DNA from: Euprymna scolopes
Lineage: Eukaryota
DNA length: 64,000 nt
NCBI GenBank assembly: GCA_053919585.1
Contig: CM132815.1
Strand: one strand, 5' to 3'
The notes beneath the pieces are model-generated. The model made no database searches. It was not told the origin of the DNA and was given only the letters and a program-made list of their open reading frames with translations. Shown one piece after another: positions 39,601-48,620 of the stretch; position 1 is the first letter of the stretch, and every line of letters starts with the position of its first letter. A program made the position numbers and the translations under genes.

Positions 39601-41866
39601 CAATAACAACAAGTGCAGGTTCTGCCACACAGAAGTAGAGAGTGTGAGCCGCCTGACATCCGGTTGTGAAGTCCTGTTTGTGGATGGCTATTATACAATG
39701 TGACACAATAAAGTGTGTAAATTCCACTGGAAACTTTGTAAAAACTTGAATATCCAATGTAGCAGCAAATCTTGGGAACATGTTTACCGGAATCAACAGT
39801 TGGAAATAAGTCATGCACCATCCACCATGACTACGAAATTCCTACAGCTACAAACCTGGAAAATGGGGTTATTAAGCCTGACATAGTGATATGGGACAAG
39901 AAGGAGAAAGTGGCAACCCTAGTTTAAGTCAGCATCCCTAATGATGCTGGTCTTAACAGAGCAGAAAGGGAGAAAATAAAAAGCATTAAAAACTATGTAA
40001 TACACAAAAAAAAAAAAAAAAATGAACATTTTTTTTTTTTTTTTGAAAACTTTGTTATTCCAAAATGTCCGCTATAAATTCCTCGGCGACTAAGTCACTT
40101 CACTACGCAAGTGCACACGCAAACGCATCGTGTAAGAAAACACTGCTGAAGGTGGTAAATGGCATAAAATAGTCCTAGGTTCCAGGGTTCATAACTGAAA
40201 ATGAGCACCCACTTTATGGTCACCTGAGAGAAGGGGCATTTTATTGGCCGAAAAGTTTTTTTGTTTGATTTATTTTCTTTCCATGGTATTAACCCCTGAA
40301 CTCTGGGACTATTTTCCATTTCACAGCCTAGCCTTCGTTTATGTTAAACGTTTTATGTATCAAACTGCCTTGTCACAGGGTAGTATTGGCGAAAATTTTA
40401 AATTAGATGAAAAACAAGTAGTTTTTTCAAATATAAATCCATGTAATTCTATATGTTATCAGTGGTGGCCATTTCTGTACGTGCAAGCGCTCATATTTTT
40501 GACGCGCATGCATCACAAATATGCACGCACTGATAACATATAGAATTACATGACTTTATATTTGAAAAACTACTTGTTTTTCGTCTAATTTAAAATTTTC
40601 GCCAATACGGTAAATTTTTACGACGTCCAGCATATTATAAACACCCCAATCTCCTCATGTTAAGAGCGGCTTTCAGAATAACCCCCCCCCCAACTCGAAA
40701 ACCGTTCTTAACATTGGTTGGAGAACAAAAAATCTTTTAGCCAATAAACACACAAAAAATGGGTATTATTTTACTTTAAGGCCCGTCTCACGTTCGTATC
40801 TAAAAATATTTTTTTTTGTAGATTTGGATGTGCTACAAATGAATCTGCAAACCGTTTCCGTCGCAAAAAAAGTTTTCATATGAAGAAATTACTTTTTCAA
40901 AAAGTGGGTGACTACCGGGTGATCACTTTTCCATGTAAATTTAACTGAAAATGGGCACCCTATCGTGCTGAAATAATAACGTTATTATTTTGAAAGCCAT
41001 TCTTAACATAGGGAGGGGAGAGTGTTTTTAATTATTCTGTACTTCCACCTAACAATTTAATAATAATAATAATAATAAAAGATCTCATGTAACTTGAATT
41101 TAACCTGAAAAAAAAACTATTTAAAAGTAGCGCTGTCTGTGGTAAAGTGCACAAGCATTCATTTTTTATCATACTAATGCAAAATTTAATCAAATATTAT
41201 TTACTTTTGTAAGATATAGGTAAAAAAAAAAAAAAAAAAATGAAATATATATATATATATATATATAGGTATTTTTTACGACCAGCCCAGCGCCAGCGTA
41301 GTATAAACACATCCAACCACCCCATGTTAAGAACGGCTTTCGGAATAAATACCTCCCCATGTTAAGAACGGCTTTCGAGGTTGGGGTGTTTATTCCGAAA
41401 GCCGTTCCTAACATGGGGAGGTTGGGGTGTTTATAATATCCTGGGGCACGTCGTAAAAATTTACAAAAATAAAATTGTTTACTAAAGTTTAAAATTTTAT
41501 TTCACGCCAATTCGTTTATTTGTTTTAGAAAAAAAAAAAAAAAAAGCGCAACTCCGGTTTGGTAACCAGATTATTATTTGTTCCACTCGAGGTTTTCACT
41601 TGACACAGGTACAGCCGGGTGTAGAGTCGCCTATTCTTCCGTTACGCGCTTTGTTTTTATTCTGTTAACTACAATTAAAAATACTCGAAATGGTTTCTTA
41701 TTTAATAGTTTAGTAAATAACAAAACCACTTATCGCTGATAAACAATTTTTTCATCGAATTCTGCTTACGTTGTCAATCTTAACGAACTATTCTAATTTT
41801 GGAATTATTAATTCGAAAAAAAAAAAAAAATTATATTTACTTTGCCAATTCTTTCGTTGTTTTCAT
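12919..41866 (-). CDS. ERI2: ERI1 exoribonuclease 2 (ERI2/Snipper-like DEDDh 3'-5' exonuclease), spliced, 8 coding exons found, 3' end not located
   Basis: Hand-spliced exons 41866-41841, 33746-33670, 29280-29200, 28989-28862, 25231-25087, 24498-24398, 17278-17197, 13007-12919 (26+77+81+128+145+101+82+89=729 nt). All introns are GT-AG with compatible phases. Product: [243 protein letters not shown]. The motifs DFESTCW, EIIEFPAV, WSDWD, WIDLR, REHSGLDD and the N-terminal TKxLAxxLGLxR match ERI2 as I recall it. Confidence 0.95.
13836..14052. repeat. Minisatellite, ~54-56-bp unit, 4 copies
   Basis: ATAGATGGAAATATATACTAGCAGAAGATCTGATGTTGCCCGGGATTAAATG repeated. Confidence 0.9.
14056..14281. repeat. 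Degenerate ~90-bp tandem repeat, ~2.5 copies
   Basis: GAAATGGCTGAA...TTTACGATCTC..AATTACTTTA recurs at ~14060, ~14150 and ~14241. Confidence 0.75.
15731..15775 (-). ncRNA. Degenerate hammerhead ribozyme-like motif
   Basis: Minus strand gttcca-CTGATGA-gccc(aaatga)gagc-AAAA-ctcga-ATC-tagaac. Core GAAA is mutated to AAAA. Confidence 0.45.
16199..16495. mobile_element. pogo/Tigger-type MITE
   Basis: TA|CAGTAGAACCCCGGGAT ... ATCCTGGGGTTCTATTG|TA. Confidence 0.8.
17197..17278 (-). CDS. ERI2: ERI2 exon 7 (KFYGRKP...GREHS)
   Basis: AACAG acceptor, CAG|GTAAAA donor, 82 nt. Carries the catalytic His. Confidence 0.95.
17680..18010 (-). mobile_element. CR1-like subfamily B, 3' fragment
   Basis: Shares the CACCACTTATCAAGGCC..GAAGCCACTC 3'UTR and ORF end with 19700-20266. 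Confidence 0.8.
18305..18736 (+). mobile_element. Helentron/DINE-like element
   Basis: ACTAGC..GCCCGGG start, (GACA)n(CA)n, and TTTATAGATATATAGAT end. Confidence 0.5.
19346..21368 (-). mobile_element. Decayed pogo/Tigger DNA transposon containing a CR1 insertion
   Basis: TIR-like ends CAGTATAACTCCTATAATTTGAAC / GTTCAAATATAAGGAGTTTTATA. DDE fragments [12 protein letters not shown] (20975..21205) and NGWM...LLLLDNC..HP (20698..20913). Confidence 0.85.
19700..20266 (-). mobile_element. CR1-like subfamily B, young 3' fragment inserted in the Tigger element
   Basis: ORF 19807..20247 (MEYCCHIW...), 3'UTR, and poly(A) seen as a T-run at ~19700-19712. Nearly identical to 57830-58397. Confidence 0.92.
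21455..23775 (-). mobile_element. CR1-like subfamily B copy, interrupted by an antisense CR1-B insertion
   Basis: RT fragments 23298..23765 (YRPISLL, QYGFR, ISKAF), 22623..23117 and 21526..21888 are colinear around the insert. Confidence 0.9.
21859..22672 (+). mobile_element. CR1-like subfamily B variant nested antisense in the previous copy
   Basis: ORF 21894..22532, 3'UTR, A-tail. ACATC is repeated at 21854-21858 and 22673-22677. Confidence 0.9.
24398..24498 (-). CDS. ERI2: ERI2 exon 6 (DWDLGMCL...WIDLRATYK)
   Basis: TTTTGCCAG acceptor, AAG|GTAAGA donor, 101 nt. Confidence 0.97.
25087..25231 (-). CDS. ERI2: ERI2 exon 5 (KQVDDGIPL...FITWS)
   Basis: TTTTCAG acceptor, G|GTAAAA donor, 145 nt. 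Confidence 0.95.
25899..26802 (+). mobile_element. Internally deleted Tc1/mariner transposon
   Basis: TA|CACAGTGGAGCAATAAAATTGTC ... GACAATTTTATCGTTCCACCCTG|TA. Transposase remnant [20 protein letters not shown] (25999..26376). Confidence 0.88.
26975..27132. other. Assembly gap (second gap at 49646-49810)
   Basis: Runs of N. Confidence 1.
27446..27492 (+). ncRNA. Type I hammerhead ribozyme-like motif (Penelope/retrozyme type)
   Basis: cct-CTGATGA-gaagga(gagtat)ttcttc-GAAA-c-TCCGCGGA-t-TA-agg. The core is intact, stems I and II pair, and stem III is palindromic with one mismatch next to the core. Confidence 0.6.
28862..28989 (-). CDS. ERI2: ERI2 exon 4 (EFPAVL...LTGITQ)
   Basis: TTTTAG acceptor, GTAAGT donor, 128 nt. 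Confidence 0.97.
29200..29280 (-). CDS. ERI2: ERI2 exon 3 (ExoI motif DFESTCW)
   Basis: TTTTCTAG acceptor, GTAAGT donor, 81 nt. Overlaps ORF 29123..29320. Confidence 0.97.
31005..32238 (-). mobile_element. Decayed mariner transposon
   Basis: Inverted ends CGAGATGCCTTAAATAAATTTCAAGACTTTTT / AAAAAGTCTGAAAACTTATTGAAGGCAACTTA. Transposase remnant [16 protein letters not shown] (31262..31471). About 1.23 kb. Confidence 0.85.
32283..32670 (+). mobile_element. CR1-like subfamily A, 3' fragment
   Basis: Near-identical to 1843-2243, with A-tail. Confidence 0.9.
32745..33536 (+). mobile_element. CR1-like subfamily A, 3' fragment
   Basis: ORF 32810..33439 is homologous to the C-terminal half of ORF 901..2139. 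3'UTR and A-tail present. Confidence 0.92.
33670..33746 (-). CDS. ERI2: ERI2 exon 2 ([25 protein letters not shown]), basic NLS-like stretch
   Basis: Poly-T-CAG acceptor, GTAAGT donor, 77 nt, phase 2/1. Confidence 0.9.
35085..35680 (-). mobile_element. CR1-like subfamily B, degraded, with internal ~38-bp tandem duplication
   Basis: ORFs 35183..35422 and 35404..35670. TTTTTCATGAAAGT..CCAAGGAGGACCA occurs twice. Confidence 0.85.
36300..36572 (+). mobile_element. Short interspersed repeat, second partial copy at ~43445-43625
   Basis: 36410-36570 is about 90% identical by eye to 43470-43625 (GGTACTACCA..GGTCAGAGT.GAC..GCAATGGCAATTAAAGGGTGGCTCCACACTCCCCAAAGC). Confidence 0.7.
37520..39127. mobile_element. 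Solo LTR (~1 kb after removing the nested foldback)
   Basis: TGTTAC...ATAACA termini with 4-bp TSD AGAG at 37516-37519 and 39128-39131. Excision restores the LINE frame [11 protein letters not shown]. Confidence 0.85.
38429..39024. mobile_element. Foldback (fully palindromic) DNA element, MULE/Merlin-like
   Basis: About 290-bp arms, roughly 90% complementary. Termini G(C/G)GTTTGTATTACTGTACAC. 8-bp TSD AATGCCTT at 38421-38428 and 39025-39032. Confidence 0.9.
40383..40608. mobile_element. MITE with ~80-bp TIRs
   Basis: GTATTGGCGAAAATTTTAAATTAGA...TATGTTATCAGTG is mirrored at 40528-40608. Confidence 0.85.
40610..41464. mobile_element. Non-autonomous TIR element with subterminal repeats
   Basis: GTAAATTTTTACGACG..ATATTATAAACACCCC is mirrored at 41423-41464. 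Internal repeats CATGTTAAGAACGGCTTTC occur in both orientations. Confidence 0.8.
41841..41866 (-). CDS. ERI2: ERI2 coding exon 1 (MKTTKELA-K)
   Basis: ATG AAA ACA ACG AAA GAA TTG GCA AA then donor GTAAAT. Phase 2 joins exon 2 in frame. Confidence 0.85.
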
Positions 41867-41899
41867 TTCGATGTACAAATCCGTGCATGGAATAATATT

Positions 41900-42030
41900 A
41901 AGGTTAGTCAATCATCGGATCGTGTCAGGAAGAAAAATTTAAATTTCCCTGAAAGTTGACATGTGACCGCCGGTGTGAAAATATATTTGTACCTTAAAGA
42001 AAAAGGCCCGGAAATGTAGTTACGTGTTGT
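41900..42030 (-). promoter_or_regulatory. Putative ERI2 core promoter
   Basis: Locally CpG-rich segment just upstream of the ATG. It has an E-box (CATGTGAC ~41961) and ACTACATTTCCGG on the minus strand at ~42008-42020, a ZNF143/Staf-like motif overlapping an ETS CCGGAA core. Confidence 0.5.
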
Positions 42031-42099
42031 TCATTTCTTTTTCTCTTTCTTCAAGAATAAAAAGCGTTACTTGTTATTATTGGAAACTTTTTTCTTTTC

Positions 42100-42914
42100 A
42101 AAGCACAGTGCCACTTTGACGTAAGGGGTAGCCCCTTACGTCAAAGTGGCACTGTGCTTTTTTGGGAACAAATTTGCAGGGATATTATGTAGGGAGTTGA
42201 GTAGCAAGATGTCTGTTCACATTACACTTGAACTTATGCTTGTTGGTACAGTCAGGGAAGCAGGGACCCGGGAGGGAATTCCAAAGTCTAGCAGTGCGAG
42301 AGAAGAAACAATTTGAGTAGAAGGCTTTCCGGCATCTAGAAATCTCTACAGTGTAGGGGTGTGATTTTGCTGCTTTTCAGGTAAGTTGGGGTATATACGT
42401 CAAGGGGTTCAAGGGTTTGGAATTCATCAGAGCACTTTCCATTAAAATACTAATAAAACAGGCACAGGGATACAACATTTCATCGATGGGACAGAGGTTG
42501 GAATTTGGTTGACAGTGTGGGACCTATTAGGTTGGCGATTCTTTTTTGAACCCTGTCTAGGAGTGAGAGACTAGTAGCAGATACACCAGCCCAGATGCGG
42601 CAACAGTACTTCATGCATAGGTGAATGGTGGTCTTGTAGAGGTACACGATATGCTCAGGCATTTAGAGGTAGAGAGAGCAATCATTGGCAATGCCTTCAA
42701 TGTATTTGATCCAATTCATGTTGCCTGTGAATGTGAAGCCGAGGAGTTTGAACAAAGAGCTTTCAGGTAGTGGATCATTAGTAATGGCTATTGGTGGTTG
42801 AGAAAGTTTCTTGTAATTATTAAAGGAAAGAAGCTTAGTCTTGGCAGCATTGAATGTTATCACCCATTTTTGTCCCCGTTCCACTACAGACTGGAGGTCT
42901 TCCTCTATGGTTTC
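42100..42914 (-). mobile_element. CR1-like subfamily A, degraded, with a rearranged palindromic 3' end
   Basis: ORFs 42480..42662 and 42663..42914 (EEDLQSVV..GQKW) match ORF 901..2139. Confidence 0.88.
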
Positions 42915-45900
42915 TGTAGAACTGGAACCTCTTTCACTCGTTCCAATGCACTGAGTAACCGTCTGTCTTGTAACGTCACCTGTTTGCCGTCTGTACAGCA
43001 AAAAACTGCCACACTCCTCCAAGCGACTTCACAGGTAGGCCGTTTGTATGTCCATTTCTATTCACCCCCCCCCGATCTCATGATCACAGAGATGGCAGGG
43101 AAGTGGTGCTCTCTTCCATCGGGTGCTTCTCCGAAGGGGGACTGTGCAGGCCTCTTGTTCACTTGCGCTCTCATCTGCAGTCTGAGGGTTGAAGAACACT
43201 ATCATGCTGTCCTGTGCATGGATGTGTAATAATGAGACTTGGAACACATGTGTCTCGTTGGTAATAAAGGAACTGAATGATGGCGTCCCGCTTTATTAAT
43301 AGATTGCTATGCACATGCGTGCGTGCATACAAAAGTTAGATCAAGAAACCGGGACGAAAGAGTCTATATAAAAGTTACTGAAACGAAAGAGCAGCGATAT
43401 CATTACAATTACAGTGTAAGACGGGAAAAAAATCACCACATTTGGAATATATTTGTTTTTTTTCAATTCGGTTTCTATTTAACCCATAGTTGAGACCCTA
43501 ACAGGTACTACCAGTCCGGATCAGAGTAGACCTGGGAGCAATGGCAATTAAAGGGTGGCTCCACACTCCCCAAAGCCTGCAAGCTGGGGCCTCACCATTG
43601 GATATAGTTTAAGGTCATGTCCACACATCTGCATCCCACTTTATTAAAAGATTGCTATGTACATGCGTGAGTGCATACAAAAGTTAGATCAAGAAACCGG
43701 GACGAAAGAGTCTATATAAAAGTTACTGAAACGAAAGAGCAGCGATATCATTACATCTCCCGTTCTCTGAAAACAAAGATGACTTAGGCATGTAAAACAA
43801 AACAAAGAAAATGGAAAAGCTGGTTCAAGGTAGACTGCCTGAACAGCTGCAGCGAAGCAGGGGATTATTCTGTCCCATGAGAAGCTTGCTGGGAGGTTAT
43901 GAGTGTGTGCTTATCATGAGTTCATTTTTTATGGTGGTCGTACCACCCTACTACTACGGGTACATTTTTGAGTGTCATTTGGCATGTTTGGGGCTGCACA
44001 CACAAGTAGATCCACAGATGTCGTACATTTTTGTGAAGCTGGTTGACATAAACTGCTGATGCCTCATGTGAATGGGATAATCTAACAGCTTCCTCGATTC
44101 TGTAACCCTTCGGTTTGTTTAATAGTTACTTTTGCAGTTCAGGTATGGGTGTACTGGTAATTAGTAACTCAACGAGGCGTTCGTTTAATTTATCGGCACT
44201 GAAATCACATTTCTTTGCCAACAGTCGACATCTGTTGATGAAGATGTCTGTTGTTTCATTTGGTTTCTGCTGTGGTGATTTGTTGCCGGTTCTTGCTGTT
44301 CCAAAAATGCAATGAATATCATTTGTGAATCCTTGCGATCATCATCCGACATCGACCAACTGTTATACCAGTGTAAACCTTCTTTGCTGGTCGCGAGAAG
44401 AATTAGAGGGACTTTATCCTCGTGTTTCGTCACTTTGATGGTGAAATAAAGTTCCATTCATTGTCGAAATAGTTTGAATGATTCAGCAATGCATGTCGAG
44501 CCCCAATCAACACTAGGGACTTGCAACGAAACTGTGGCCATTACGATATGAAAGTGTGAAAAAAGTACAGACAATTTGTGTGGCGTGGGAGGTTAGGAAA
44601 AAAAAGAAATGAAAGAAATCCGAATGCACCGTAATTCATTCAGTGTGCAAGGGAGGAGAAAAAAAAATCGCTTTTTTTTTTCTTTTTTTTTTTACTTACT
44701 GTTTTACCCTTTCTTTTTCCCCTATTTTTGTCCGTTACGTTATAAGATTATGTGTTGTATGATAATACCACTTGCCACCATGTCATGCTGTGTTGTGCAT
44801 GGATGTGTAATAATGAGACCTGGAATACGTGTGTCTGGTTGGTAAGAAAAGAACTGAATAATGGCGTCCCGCTTTATTAATACATTGCTATGCGCATGCG
44901 TGAGTGCAAGTTAGATCAAGAAACTTGGACGAAAGAGTCTATATAAAAGTTACTGAAACGAAAGAGCAGCGATATCATTACAAACACTGCCTAAGGGGCT
45001 ACTAATATCGGATTCACTGCTTAATGAAGCTGGTGCAAACCAGAGCAATGACCCACTGGCCTTAGACCCAGAGTCGCTCCTGTCATGCAGCGGTGGTTGC
45101 AACTGTGTTGCCGGCCTCAGCTTCTTAACATGACAGAGCATACCACCAACCATGACTGACTGCTGACTCACCACATCGGTCACTCGGCCCCATGTATATC
45201 TGTCAGTGCACCGGCTTCCCAGCAGCTTCACCCAGACAGGATCCCCTGGTGCGTACGACCCCTGTCCTTCCTCATTGGTAACTTCTCTGTTGGGGTAGAT
45301 TCCCTTTTCTAGGACTCGGTATTGGTAGATTGCATTTGCAGGCGCTATTCCTGGAGAGATGCCATCCTTCGGCATGATGTTGTACCAATATATGGCTTCT
45401 GAGACAGTGTACTGCTTCCTAGCTACAATTCTTTTGATGCTGCAATGGCTCCTCTCAGCAATACCGTTGCCTGATGGCACATAAGCACACCGCAATCATA
45501 GCCACACTCCCCACTCCTTCAAGAACTGCTTGACCTGCCGGCTGCAGAAGGCTGGGTCATTGTCCGTTAGCACCTCTTCGGGCACATCTCTTTCAAAGAA
45601 CACAGATGACAGCTGGCGAATAATGTAGGAGGTGTCCTGGTGCCCAAGTGGTCTCCAGACCGCGAAGTGCGTAGATCCACAATCGATGAGGGTGAGGAAG
45701 TGATTGCCACCATAATGTGTGATATCCATGCCCACTCTCTGCCACGTGCCGCTCACTCCCAATTGCTCTTTTTTCCACTGTATCAGAGCTGGGTCGATTG
45801 ATTGACATGCCTCGCAACTTTCCACTGCTCTCTTGATATCTGCCCTACTTACTTCTGGGTCAACCATCTTGGCAAAATATAGTGTCCGCTTAACCCCTGG

Positions 45901-48620
45901 GTGTCCGCATTGCCAATGAATCTCACTGATACGATCCGCAGCCATATGACATGGGATGGCTGCACATAGCTGCTACAGTGTCTCAGAACCTCCCCGGGTA
46001 TCAGTCAGTAGCCACTGTTGTGGTACTCATGCCAGCACATCTGCTCTGTTACTTGCTGTTACGTCTATGGTCAAGTTGTACTTTTTGATTGTATCGACCA
46101 GCGTGGCGAGCTATCTTCATATCAACATTTCACTCGCTGCCCATGTGGTTAGCCGTGCTCTTCCAGTCAATGCATCGGTTATCCACTGATGAGTGCACGC
46201 AGAGTCCGTGATAATATGTAGTACCCTGGCTTGCCACTGAAGCACCAGGGTAATTTCTTTCAATGTGGCATCAAGTTTGGTCAGGTTTATGTGCCTAGAA
46301 TCATTCTCTGGACAAAGCCAACAGGCATATTCGATAATACAATCATCAACTCCAAGGACTAGTGAACTAGCGTCCAACCAGACCATGAACTCATTCCCGT
46401 TAATGCACCAGTTCCCTCGCACAGGGTTGCCATGAGTCATCCTGGCCACAGTTTCTGACAGCTCAGGAGCATGGCATCATGCACTTTATCATAACATCCC
46501 AATGATACGGATGTGACACGACGTTTTATGGCCACCACTGCCACCCAGAGCAAACCACATACAGGGAAGTGGCCCACCAGCTTTCCACAAACAGAAAAAA
46601 TGCTCCGAGTTATGTTGGATGGGACTTCCGGACCGTCACCACCTCTCCTCCAGTAGAGTCCCCCCTTGCTACTGCTCATGCGCAGGCCAAGTACTTTTGC
46701 CCTGTCTCACAGACACTCCGGTTTCTTGTCAGTCCGAAGTTCTCGAAGTGCTCTTTGACTGACTGGGCAGATATGAGACTCCTATTTACAAAGATATTGT
46801 CAATGTGTCAAATGTTGCCTGGCGCACAGCCTCATCCTGTTGCTGGATTGCATGCATAATTGCCGTCATAATGCCTGGTGCCACGTTGAGACCAAACACT
46901 AGCCTGGTCAGACAATAACGAGTTCCATTAATTTCCACAGTCTGAAATATCCACAGCGCTTTTTCAATGCGTATCTGCAGGTAGGCCCTGCGCAGGTCCA
47001 GAATTGCCATGTCCGACCCTTGCTGCTGCCACTTCCTTAATTTGAGTGCACAAACATCTGCTCCTGCCATGTACGGGTCGACATGTTCATTAAGCTCACA
47101 GTAGTCCATGACGGGTCGGACCATCTGTTTGCTACCTTGTAAGACAGTCATCAGGGGAATCAGTCCTCGGGGGGGGGGGGGGAGGCGAGCTCATCCTTGG
47201 GGTACGGAAGCAGCCAGCCATTGTTGATGCAAATCTGCAGTTCTTCTTCATACAACCCCAAAGCCTCATTGGAGGGGGGTACTCTGATAGTCAGTTTCGT
47301 AAGAATATTGGTGGTTGATCGCCAGCCCACTTCCAAGATGCCATCCACACATTGGTTTCCCTGTCATACTTCGCATGAAAGTTGGGCTCGTCGAGGGTAA
47401 TCACAGCGCAAACACGTTTCTCATGTTGGGAGAACTTTATCTTGCCGGTGTAGTCCACAGTGAATCCACCTAGCTGTGTAATCAAATCCATCCCTAGAAG
47501 TAGGTCATACCCAAGCAGCTCCTCATCCACCATCAGGGCTTGCACAGCTACTGCAGGCTTGTGCTGATGACGCTCACCCCGCAAGAGGCCAACGACTCTC
47601 CACCCACGGTTAGCACTAGAACTCTCTGCTTGTATCAAGTGTCACAACATGCCTTGCGCACCAGGGTCTGGGTGCACCCAGTGTCTACAAGGGCGAGGCA
47701 TTCACATCCATTAATGTGCATGCTCACTGTGGGCAGCGCCTTGTTCAGTGACGATCTAGGTAGAAGACTGGTACTGTAGCTTCCTCCCTTTGCCCGTTTT
47801 CCGGACAGGCATGGGCCAGGTGTTCCTGGGTTTTACACTTGTAGCACTGAAGCCTGCTAAGCCTTCGAATCAGTGAGTGCGATGAAAGACAATCACGGGC
47901 CAAATGGTTGGGCACACTTGTAGTAGCTTTTAACTGTACTCAGGTCCTGAAATCCACTATGTGATGGCTGCATGGATACTGCGTGGTCTACAATCTCTGG
48001 GCTCGTTTTTAGTATCACCCGCACCCGTGCTAATACTTCTGAGATATCCATCTCGTCTATTTGGGATGAGGCTTGGAGCAGATCTTCCACACCAGTGGGT
48101 AATCCTGCAATAAATGCGCACACCAGGCCTTTGTCTGACATTCCTCCAAACAGGACCGCAAGCTTCTTCAGTTCTGCCAGATAAACATCAACCATCTCCC
48201 TGGAATGTAACTTGCATGCCATAAACTCCTTCTATGCAGCAACCAGATCTAGTGCAAACGCTGTGTAGAGGGCGTTTTTGATGCAGATGAAATCTGCCTT
48301 CTTTTCATCCGTTAGCTGCTGGTATACAACGTATGCACCCCCAGCGAGGCGCATTGGGACCACGCATTCCAGACGCTTCACACCACTGAGCTGGAATATC
48401 AATTCTGCCTTTTCCACCCATTCCTGTACTGACTGCTCAGCGCTGCTGCCATCAAACAGTGGAATTAGCTTAGGATCAAATCCTGACGTCATGCCAAAAT
48501 AGCTTGTAGAACTGGAACCTCCTTCACTCGTTCCAATGCACTGAGTAGCAGTCTGTCTTGTAACGTCACCTGTTTACCATCTGTTCAGCCAAAGCTACCC
48601 CGCTCCTGCAAGCGACCTGC
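42915..48620 (-). mobile_element. Decayed Ty3/Gypsy LTR retrotransposon (gag-PR-RT-RH-IN), short LTRs
   Basis: LTR copies at 48505-~48620 and 42915-~43060. gag 48492-47800 with CYKCKTQEHLAHAC knuckle, protease ALVDTGC (~47690), RT RPVMDY..LN / LDLRRAYLQI / FGLNVAP, RNase H WLDASS, integrase HxxxGH..CEAC / GMDIT / LTDND / GIAER. G-rich PPT at ~43063-43078. Multiple stops and frameshifts. Confidence 0.93.
43200..44982 (-). mobile_element. Nested non-autonomous gag-only LTR element
   Basis: About 200-bp LTRs at 44781-44982 and 43200-43407. PBS TGGTGGCAAGTGG (44780-44768), PPT AGAGAACGGGAGA (43768-43756), gag remnant 44185..44457, and 5-bp TSD AACAC (43195-43199, 44983-44987). Confidence 0.88.

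Larger units (their letters stand above)
36900..39985 (+). mobile_element. Fragmented R4/Dong-like non-LTR retrotransposon (RT plus CCHC plus REL endonuclease)
   Basis: NHLLFMDD.K (36940), YSF.IVDW...LDTKTRK...LYLPR (37400-37519), continuing GVGGIGL (39131+), AAQDQSL and CRFC...GC (39545-39670), and KPDIVIWDK (39875). Confidence 0.8.
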
